From contig CM022673.1 in the NCBI GenBank assembly GCA_012295275.1, forward strand, positions 18,910,001 through 18,974,000: a stretch of 64,000 nucleotides of DNA. The letters are read 5' to 3'. Shown here piece by piece: positions 13,701 through 23,563 of this stretch. This DNA is from Chrysomallon squamiferum (taxonomy: Eukaryota > Animalia > Mollusca). The translations under genes and the position numbers were made by a program. The notes beneath the pieces were generated by a model that saw only the letters and a list, made by a program, of their open reading frames with translations, was not told the origin of the DNA and searched no databases. Position 1 is the stretch's first letter, and each line of letters opens with the position of its first letter.

Positions 13701-16700
13701 GTTTGTCTGGCAAGTTATCACCAAATTCTCCCATTGTAATACCACCCATACTAAAGCCATCCTCTGCAGGACCTTTGATTTCTGAAGGGTAATCAGACAG
13801 TCACAGCACAACTTGTCTCCTGGCACTAGTGTCTTTGGAGGATTTACTAAGCATTTGTAAGTGCCCATGCTAACAATTCTTAAAGATCTAGTGCGTGCTT
13901 GCTCAGGGTGGCGATTAAGGGGACCACAACAGTTTTTCTGCAATGTTGAAAATTTGATGAAAAGTTCTTGTTCATGATACTCTTGATATCCCATGTTTTG
14001 ATCCCACTTCAAAGAGTGAGGAGTTCGATTTCCTCAGTTTTCCATACACTTCACAACAACTCCTTTTTGATATGATGGTGTTGATAACACACATTTTCAG
14101 GAGAGTTAAAGCTGCAGTTAGCCCTGGAAGAAATAAGGATTTTCAGTATTGGCCTGCACCTTCAATTCAATAGAACAAAGTCAGTGCTTTCCTAAATATT
14201 AAATCAAATCCTGAAACCCTTTCAGTAAAGTTAAGCAGGTCATAAAATGGCAGCAGAGTACATGTGTTATTGCCAAAGGCCCACAAGTCTTGGGCATTTA
14301 TGTCAATCTTCTCAAGTATAAATCACAGTTTATTAAAGTGAAGTAGACCTTGTTCATACTCTGTGCTGAAGAATGGGTGTACAAATACATTATGCAGTAC
14401 ATCACTTGATGACGTCTGATTTCAGACTGGGTTGTACTGTTGTTGACTGAAACCTTGTTCAAAACCAATGGCAAGGCCCATATGACATGATAAAATTACT
14501 TAATAGGTTTTATGAAATAAAAATATTGTTTATATATCAACATCTGACATTGTGTCCAACTTAAAAAGCTTCAGATTGTCAAAGAAATGCAGATGAAGAA
14601 ACTGCTTTGTCTTAAACTTCTAATTGCCATGTGCTCAATGAGGATTGCACCAGGAAATCTAAAGGAGTTCCTGACCTGCCTGAAGCATCACTTCCTGTTA
14701 ACCCTTTGAGCCTGATTGTGTAAAACATGTCATGCCATTTGGCATCTTTTCATATCCTTCAGGCATTCCTTCAGACATGTCAGGTGGGTTTTAACTCCAA
14801 AGATGAGTTTTTAGTCTCAGAGAAAATGTACATTGTAATGCATTGTATCAATCATCCATGCAGGTATGCATTTTTTAAAATCTCTATTATGGCTAAACAA
14901 AAAATATTATACCCAGCAAACTTTTATATGTGAACTTTATGCATACATATAGGCCTACAATGTCTTACTCGATGATCAAGCATCCAGAATTGATCATTCA
15001 GGTTTTAGTTAATCAGATGTTAATGGCTGAAAAGGTGTTATTTTCATGTATGTGCATTTTTTAAATCTACATTGTGGCTAAACAAAAAATATTACACCCA
15101 GGAAACTTTTATATGTTTTAGTTAACATGTGGGAGATTAAATTTCAATAAAGGTCATCTCAAGATCACGTGATCCACACGGTCAATTTCAAGGTCATAGC
15201 AAAGGTTAAAAGGTCAAGGTACTCCAATATTTTCCAAACTAAACAAAAATAGCAGATTTGGAATCCTTGTCATTTTGCCTTTCTAACAATACCAGTTTTA
15301 TGAAGATTGGCCCAGTAGTTCCTGAGATATGAGGGTTCTAAGGTTGGTGGTCACGCCCATTTTTGGCAAAAATCTCAAAATTCAGTGGGTCGTATCTCCC
15401 ACATCACTGGTCTGATTGGGCTAATATTTCAGATTTGGTGCTGTGGGATCCCAGTCAACAAGTATACCAAGTTTCATAAAAATCTGAGACGGTCGGGTTT
15501 AAACCATTGGGTGATTCGACACGGAATGACCCATATAGAAATCATTCAAAGTGCTGGGTTCATCACAGACATGTATTTCAACAAAATAACAGAAAGAAAT
15601 TAGCCTTTTTCAAAACAAATATTTTTTTTAAACAAGATGTTATCTTTTTGACTTGTATTTTTTCATACTAGACACATCATAAAGGTTATATGAAAAGAAT
15701 AGTCATTTTGTAGTGTTTGTTTCTAAAAATATATATTCAATTTTGGGATCTCTAGCACAAACAGTTTTCATGCAGCAGCTTCACAAAAAATTGCAACCCC
15801 ACTGTCCACTTTAATTTTCTGAGAAAGTCTGTCTTCGGGTTTTCCTTTTCAGACATCAATGTAATAGGTTTTCAAATGTAGATTGGCTTAACAAACTTCC
15901 AACTTCCTTTGACAATGGTGTTCCCACATTTTCAACATGGCTGCCTGGTTGTTCACCCATAACCAATGCTTGTTGATAAAAACACGAACTGGAAGGACCA
16001 TTTGGGCAACAATCATTTTGTGGTTCTTGATATGATAGTAATGAAAGGAAATCTGCTTCCCTGGCCACCTACACGATACGATGACAATGTCTCATTGTGC
16101 ATCTTTTCGTAAGTGGACACAAACTGTCTGCATATTTATGACAGGGCCTTTCAACTGATCACATACAACAACAGTTAATGATCAATTACATGAGGAGTCA
16201 GAATATGGCAATTTTTGAGTAAAAAGACAGCTGTCATCAGTAACAAATGGACAATCATCTGCATCTGCATCTTCAATTTATAAAACATGTTCTAGTTTTC
16301 TTTTGAAAGTCAATGGGGAAGGTCATTGTGCTTGTCAATTTCCAGTAACCATTTATTCCATTTCCTCAGTGAATTTGCTTGTTTCAGAAGTCTAGTGTTT
16401 TCGGCACTTTTTCTCATGCAGATTGTAATTGTTGTATGCAAGACTGCTTTTGTTTCCTAATTTATGTTTTGTACTGGCTTTCTTTCTAAGATAAGCTCCA
16501 CGATTTAAAAAATTTAAATCTCAAACAGTATGCACATGGGAAAATCAGAGTGCAGCAACATCTTGTGTGATAGCATATGACCAATCCATGGGTAAAGCTA
16601 TCTTAATTTTTCCTCTCTTTCTCAGAAGAGGAAGCACTAAATGAAGGATTATCTTGATGGGGGGGTTTGTATCTATTTTTAGAACACTGTTCCCATAGTG

Positions 16701-17927
16701 CTTTGCAAAAATGGGGCTTTCCAATGGCATGAAGAATGTTCATGGAGGTGTCACATCGAAAATAAAACCCAGTAAAAAACACAGAATTTGGGCTTTTTAA
16801 TTTGTATGAATAGAAACCTGAATAATTTTTGTTAATGATTGTCAAAAACTCAAAAAACAAACACCTTCAAATTTTGTAATTTTTTGCCTAGCGTGTCCCC
16901 TTAAACATCACATTCTTCAGAAAGTCACTCAAGTGATGTTTGGGTGATAGTTGTTGAACATGTTTACAAAATTTTCTTTGAAAAAAATATATATAAATAA
17001 AACAAAAAATAATATCAGTGAAATATGATTTTAATAAAAAGTCAATTTAGAAAATTTTATTAGGAAATGCAAATTTATAATTGTTATTATCAATATTCCT
17101 TTGTTAATTTTTACTGGGTTTTTTGTTCATTATTACTCAAACTTACCAGAAGAATAATTCCCTTAAGGATAATCTGCGAGTCAATTCCCACATTCAGAAG
17201 TTCTAAACTGAGTTTATCAAACTTTTCTGGTGTGAGTTTGTTGAGAATACTGGAAATATATTTTTAAAAAATGTTAAACAAGTAAACAATTTATTGATCA
17301 TGTGTTTAAGTACTGAAAATGAAATTTTCAACTGAAACAAACTTATTTGTCCAATATAGAAGGAAATTGTGGAAACTGCAACTGTATTTCCTCATAAAAA
17401 AAATATTTTAATATGTTACTGTATTCTTAAAATACATGAACGAAATACAGTTTCAATGAAAGAAATTAAAAAGGTTATTCTTACGCTCTGACTCTACGAA
17501 ATACAAGGTCATTTTTGTCCTCTTGGGCAGGGACATCTCGTTTTACAGTGCTTGGAGGGATCCATCTGTTTTTACCTACAGGTGTTGCTGCACCTGGGCT
17601 AGAGAGAGTGGGTGGTCTCTCGTCCCTAAAATTACAATTTACAAAACTGGGTCTAATTCAGTAAGTTAATTAATGTTTAACTATGAACATTATGTCATAT
17701 ATAATGATCTGAATACAGATTAAAGACTTAAAAAATATTTCAGTAAAATGTTATCTTAAAATCAGAAACAACAGATTTTCCAAAAAAAACTATAAAGTTG
17801 TGACTATATTCTATATAACATTGATCTCAGACAGAAACTTGTATTTAAGAAATATATTTCTAATTTTCAAAAGTTACCTTCCTCCTAAGTGTGGAGAAGC
17901 ACCACCCTTCACTGACTTTGCGTCCAG
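2729..17927 (-). CDS. EIF4G2: Eukaryotic translation initiation factor 4 gamma 2 (DAP5/NAT1/p97), multi-exon, CUG-initiated
   Basis: Approximate coding exons: 17878-17927, 17485-17625, 17147-17249, 11663-11773, 11393-11460, 11017-11109, 10661-10830, 10440-10550, 10145-10216, 9783-9927, 9392-9481, 9008-9144, 8487-8737, 6956-7042, 6616-6698, 5982-6033, 5665-5744, 5227-5485, 4811-5015, 4332-4443, 3524-3620, 2997-3118, 2729-2791, all with GT-AG borders. Translation gives the MIF4G motifs RWIPPST, ILNKLTPEKFDKL, IFDKALDEPKYSSLYAQLC and KMLGNIKFIGELGK, the MA3 domain, and the W2 C-terminus PGKGKALFQVNQWLTWLEQAEDESEDDDD*. All are characteristic of eIF4G2. Exon 11393-11460 carries one extra base. Confidence 0.95.
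4610..4680 (+). mobile_element. hAT MITE terminal fragment in an eIF4G2 intron
   Basis: CAGGGGTCGGCAACCTTTT...GGGCCAGA is a typical hAT MITE end. No partner terminus was found. Confidence 0.5.
6522..6610 (+). repeat. 27-bp minisatellite, ~3.3 copies
   Basis: The unit AAGCAACACTCATCCCTAAAGAAATCA is repeated directly next to an eIF4G2 splice donor. Confidence 0.9.
12522..16900 (-). mobile_element. Decayed Kolobok DNA transposon in an eIF4G2 intron
   Basis: TTAA TSDs at 12518-12521 and 16901-16904 flank imperfect TIRs (GGGGACGCG... / ...GCGTGTCCCC). The remnant ORF at 15856-16068 has EPQNDCCPNGPSSSCFYQQA, resembling the Kolobok transposase C-terminal PQHxxCPxGxxSWCxYQ motif. Confidence 0.75.
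12709..15532. mobile_element. Sola2-like DNA transposon with ~620-bp TIRs, nested in the Kolobok element
   Basis: Termini GGGTCATTCCGTGTC ... GACACGGAATGACCC are flanked by a 4-bp ATAT TSD. The TIRs at about 12709-13341 and 14927-15532 are highly similar. The internal remnant CCGPLNRH...LR...LVPGDKLCCDC (13662-14012) resembles a Sola2 transposase N-terminal Cys/His motif. GRG termini, long TIRs and a 4-bp TSD all fit Sola2. Confidence 0.72.
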
Positions 17928-18618
17928 TATGCTGCTTATTCTTAAACCAGCAGAGCAATAGCACGGTGGGGTGGGTAAATAACAGAAAATGATGAATTAC
18001 TGTTGATATTTTCCTCCTGTAAAATGTATGAAGAGATGAAATGATTTAATTTATACATCTGTTTAATATTTTAATGCATAAACAAAATAATTATTTCTTT
18101 TCTTAGCACATTATTATTATTATGGAATAGCAGTTACCAATCATTAAATTACCACTGGCTATAAAACTGATGATTTGTCAAACACCCTTTTACCAGGTTT
18201 AATCATACCCATACAGGAGACACTCATACTCCTTATGTTTCCATTAAAAGGTTAAATCACTTTTCAGATGATATTAAATAAATAAATGATTAAAGTGCTT
18301 TGTTTTGTTTACATCCTTGATCCCCCTTGAATAAAACTCTACATAACATTGGTTCATGTCACCTAATTAGTTTTTACTGATAGTGTTAGACTTCTGGGAA
18401 TCTGTACTGGCCAAAAAGGCAAAAATAACAGAAGTGCCACACTTACATTTTACCAAGACTTATTTCTCAGTTTCAATTTTTTTCTTCTCAAGTAATAACA
18501 TAAAAAATTGCAAACATTATCCCACCCAAAAAAATTAAATCATCATTTCCAATAACACCAACAGTGAATAAATAAAGTAAAAAAAAAAGAAGCATCTCAT
18601 TTAAGAAATGTGTATTTC

Positions 18619-18649
<31 letters not shown>

Positions 18650-19805
18650 CATTTGTTATTTGACCCAGACTGAAAAATTGGGAGGGTGCAAAAACTGCCA
18701 TTTTTTTTTTTTTATATTATCCGTCTTCAAAAGGGAAAAGATGCTAAAAAGTGCTGTTTGTATGTGTTTACTGGCTTCAAAAAGTATTGTTTATATTAAC
18801 ACTAAAAAGTGCTGTTCATGTATATATTACTTTGAAACAGAAAAGAAATGGCATTTACAGAAATTGAAAAAGTTATTTTCATTTAAAAAAACACCATCTA
18901 AAAATGATAATTTATAATTATTTAATTTAAAGCTAAAAATGAGTAGCAATAACTATAATAAAGGAAAACATGTTAGACTTAGAGACGTTCATAAATTAAT
19001 ACACAATAATAATGAAATGCTGGGGGGGGGTTGCTGGTTTTTTGCAGAGGGAGATTAAATAATTTTAATACTAATTTTGCTTTATAAAACTAACAGCCAG
19101 GAGGATCCGTTATTTTTATTTTTGATAAAGAAAAATTAAATACAATATTTATATCAATATATGTGTATGTGTTACATTCGTATCACTGTGCACGTTATTA
19201 GTAAATAACTGTTACTCACTGTACAGTGTAGTGTAGTGCGTTAGTATTACATTTAGAATATATATCAAAATCATTTTCGACTATCAGTATCAGAAATTAA
19301 AAATAAGAATTTTTATAATTAATTATCAATACATATATTTGTAGCGAACCTTAAAATTATATTGAAAACATTATTACTGTTTTATTTTAAACTGTATTTT
19401 CTGAATCCAAGTCTAAAAGATAACGATGTAAATTATGCAGCCATTATCACGATTATGATCATCGTGATTATGCAAATAGATAATGGCCTAGCATTAACTT
19501 TATTTCCCCACATTTTGTACATTTAAGAAAAATATAATTACAAGAAAAATATATAGTAAGTACATTCCATATAATGTATAATGATTCTTAACAAATTATG
19601 ACAAAGGATTACTATTAAAAAAAATGTGGCAGCAGCTACATCATGTGCGTGAATCACCAAGGTAAATGGGGTTCGTTTGGAAACTAAGTAGTTTAATACA
19701 GAAAATGTATTCATTAATCAAAAACATACATAAAATAGAAACAAGATATGTATATAATTCTAGACAATTTTTTAAAAGTTTAACACTCAACAAAAATACA
19801 CTTAC

Positions 19806-19880
19806 TTTTGTTAAATTTTGTCGATTGTTTCTTGTTTGTTAATAAAAATTTCCCAAGCAATTCCCACAATGCAAGGTGCG
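19806..19880 (-). other. EIF4G2: Probable non-coding first exon of eIF4G2
   Basis: Strong minus-strand donor (AAAA|GTAAGT, intron starting at 19805) next to a CpG-containing promoter-like stretch. It would splice to the acceptor at 18016 of the CUG-containing exon. The 5' boundary is unknown. Confidence 0.55.
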
Positions 19881-19897
19881 ATGAAGGGTCATGGGAA
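19849..19897. promoter_or_regulatory. Paired ZNF143/Staf binding site (SBS)-like motifs at the eIF4G2/ZNF143 divergent promoter
   Basis: TTCCCACAATGCA at 19861-19873 matches the SBS core (TTCCCANAATGCA). An inverted TTCCCATGACCC lies at 19886-19897 on the minus strand. Confidence 0.55.
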
Positions 19898-20695
19898 GGG
19901 AGTGGTAAAATATCGTTAACATTATTTTCTTGAAAATTATATATTTCTTAAATAAATAAATAACATTTTAAATTTGTTTGTTATTTAACATTCAGTTAAA
20001 AAATTACTTTACGATATGTTTTCTTTAAATTTGTTCGATTACGTATTTCTAATAAATTAATAATGTTCGTATAGCATCGTAATTTTCCGGACGTAAGTGA
20101 TCGGAAAAGGCCGAGCTAATAGAATTTCTTTTTGTTGGGTTTTCGAACTATACCCACCTTTGGGTCAGATAAATATGTCAGCTGCATATATTTGAAAACA
20201 CATCTGTTATGATATGATATTATATCCAATATGCTGACTTGAAACTAATATTGTTATCTTTACTAAATTTATCATTGATACTAATACTTAAACTATTTAG
20301 TTAGTTAATATCCATAATTTTGGAGCTTAAAAAGATTTGAGGAAATCCGTGAGGTGTCTGAAATGAGGAACTCAAACTTATGTATACATACAGAAAGACC
20401 GACATTCAGAGAGATGAAAGATCTTGTTTTAATAAAATTCTGGATTAAATGTCTTTTCAAATGGCCAGTGGCTGATTGTTATCCGTCTATAGTAAACAAT
20501 TTTGATGTTAATATATTGTTATTGTTAAAAGTATTTGATTTATTTACATCATTATTGTTATGTTGGTTTTATTTTATTATTATTATTTTTTATATTCACA
20601 TTCATCCAGATGTTTGTTAAATGTGGCATAGTTGCCTTCTGAAAAGTTCTCCTACAAAATATTTTGAAGTATAGTTCTGGTCCAGTGGTGTACAT

Positions 20696-20952
20696 CATAG
20701 GTTTTCAACCTGGGGGTCGTGGGATCGTTCTTGAGCGGGTATGTTTTAGCTTTTTTCGACTTCGCTTGGAAGGAGGAATAAATTAAAACGTGTAGATAGA
20801 TTATAGAGAATATAGATTCTTTTTGTACTGTCTTTGGTTAATGAAAATATGGTAACCCTAGATATTATTGAATCAAACATTTTTAAAGGGGTCATCGGTC
20901 ATACTGAATTGCTCTTAAGGGGTCGCGGTATGAAAAAGGTTGAAAACCACTG
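20696..20952. mobile_element. hAT (Charlie-like) MITE
   Basis: Termini CATAGGTTTTCAACC and GGTTGAAAACCACTG, an 8-bp TSD GTGTACAT/GTTTACAT with one mismatch, and internal GGGGTCG motifs. Confidence 0.8.
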
Positions 20953-21239
20953 GTTTACATGAGTAATATTCCAGAATTGTATCGGACTAAACCGAAAAGT
21001 CCCGAGTGAAAAAGTACGTTGATTAAAATGAATCCTGTAGCCCTTAGCGAGCATTATATACTATCGCTTAGAGATTAATTAAAATATATATTTAAATATT
21101 TATTTAAAATTAAACAACAAGAAAGTATTAACATTGTTAACAGAGTTTCATGGTTTTCATTATAGCAGTTTTAACCTCGTGTTTACTGTTAATCTTAATA
21201 ATGACATAAAAATACGAATACGCAATATTCTAATTTTAG

Positions 21240-21293
21240 ATACAATGATGCAGAAGCGGTGCATGGCGGTCCTGTGAGGATTTTTGGGTAAGT
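21240..21293 (+). promoter_or_regulatory. Putative ZNF143 non-coding first exon with YY1-like ATGGCGG motif and GG|GTAAGT donor
   Basis: A local CpG/GC-rich patch contains ATGGCGG and a consensus donor GTAAGT at 21288. It lies upstream of the ZNF143 acceptor at 23545. Confidence 0.45.
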
Positions 21294-21557
21294 TTTCCCA
21301 GTGTTCTCTGTTCCTTTGCAAGGGAAAAGTTGTTTGGTTACGAAGTTGTTTAGAATACTGTAACGCGGCCACACTTGCCGGCATAACTGTTTTATCAAAA
21401 TTCATAACAAAGAATTTAAAATTAACGGTATTTTATTTTTGTCCATCATGGAGGATAAAATTGACTGGGCAAAGCTGTGTTATTTTGCCGAGTAGTGCTT
21501 TTCAAGTGATTTTATGACTCCACAACGCTTTTTATTTTTTCTGTGTTCACATTCACG

Positions 21558-21558
<1 letters not shown>

Positions 21559-21597
<39 letters not shown>
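21559..21597. repeat. (AAT)n microsatellite
   Basis: A run of ATA/AAT triplets. Confidence 0.9.
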
Positions 21598-21601
<4 letters not shown>

Positions 21602-23563
21602 TAATAAAATATATATGTATCAGACAATTTTGTGTTATCTTTTGTTATGTAATGCATATCGTGTGAAAAGTGAATGGTTCCATGGTGTGTAACTATGTTT
21701 AATGTTACAAATATAAATGATAAATTAATATAATACCGTAGTATACTTAAATGTTAAATACAAAAATTTTAAATTTCATTTTGTTCTTATTAATTACTCT
21801 ATCTGACATTATATATCTAAAAGTTTTGCCTTATATTTATATATAAATAAATATTGAAGAAAATAAAGTAAAATGCCATACATGGGTTTAATTAGCTTGT
21901 CAGAACCACGTTTATTTTATCTTCATGCCTCACTTGACTGCATTGTCACAAGAGAGTAGAAGACACAGTTACAAATTTCAATATTATCATACCTTTCTGG
22001 TGAATGAGATACTAGTGAACATGAAATTCTAATAAATATCCACAGATTTAAGACCTACAGGGTGATAGTGGATCAGAACTTCCAGACTGAAACTAGTCCA
22101 CCACAGCTGACACAACCAACATAGATATATATGCACGTGTTTGTGTGGAAGAACCTTTAAAAGTCTTCTTGCTAATTATTTAGAAGGGAACAAAATTTTG
22201 AACCATTACTAATTACTATTAAAATGCAATGGTTTTGCAAAATAAAAATGGATTCATTTATTAATTCCCCTGTGCCAGTATTTTATGTCACTCGTAAGCA
22301 AAGAAAATTGTACTATTTTTAACAGTTAGAGAGAAAATAATTTCACTAATATATGAAATAGCATTTTGAAAAAAAAAAAAAAAAAACCCCTTTGTTGTGT
22401 TATGTATTCATATATTCAGCAAAATATGTCGATGAATTATGTATTGCAATACACTTGTCCAAAATAAGTTTGAATTTTGTTCTTCTATTCTTTCTAGTAT
22501 ACCTCATCTAAGTTTACCAAATTAGTGGTTACATACTTTACTTACTAGGTGAATTAATTAACTGAAATTGTATTACAAGTCACTAAAGTTTATTTTACAA
22601 GCTGCCTTTGACAGAAATTTGCTAAAAATAAAATAAAATAATTAAAAATAAACATTCATTAAAAAAAAATTGGATTTTTTAATTTGTTTCCTTTTGAAGA
22701 GAATATTTTATATGTTACAAAGTTGGTGTTAAATTATCAGTAAATAAAATGTTTGTTTAAAGGAGAAACCTGTTGCAGCCAAGAGTTGTGTAGCTTTGGT
22801 TTTCCTTTCTTCTTTTTTTTTTTTTTAACTTTCTTTAGCATTTTTTGTCCATTGGTAATCAGTCATGGAGCATTGGCTGTGATAGCAAATCATCCAGTGG
22901 TCTCGCGATTCTGTGACATATATTAAAAATTACAAACACTAAAGGAAGTTTCATTTATTCAAGTCAAATGTACAAGATGGATTAAAGGTGATTATCATAC
23001 ACTGTCAGTTCCATTTAGGTTTAAAAAATAATAGTTAATTATCAATCTACAGTTTGCATGGGATACTAAAATGCGCCTCAGGAGAAAACAATTACCACTT
23101 GTACTATGAAGAAATACTTTTTTTATTTAAACTTTGTTTCTGATAGCATAACAAAAACTAAAATAAATTTGAATACACCTCAAATTTCAAGACTCGTTAT
23201 TGTCACTTTAAAAAGTAGAAAAAGAAAAAGCACTGAATTATTTATACTTTGTTAGAAGATACGTGTGAATGGGGCATATTGATGACTTTGTGCAGTTGAA
23301 CCCATAAGAATATTCAGAAAACGAAAAGAAGAACAAAAATTTTAGCCATATAACTTTTATTCATTCTGGCAGTAAAGAAATAAAAATTAGTGAAAAAGGC
23401 AAGTTGCTACACATTCTGTGCAATAATATGATTATAATAAACTTTAATGTAGAGTCAGAATATGACTAGCCAAACTTTATAATTTGACACATTGCAGAAG
23501 ATGTTAATAATCTTATTTTATCAAACACTATTCATTAATTTACAGAATGAAACAAAAGAGAAA

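Noticed and set aside
20083-20108. TTTTCCGGACGTAAGTGATCGGAAAA hairpin containing a donor-like GTAAGT
   Set aside because: It could be an alternative first-exon donor or paired ETS sites, but sequence alone cannot tell these apart.
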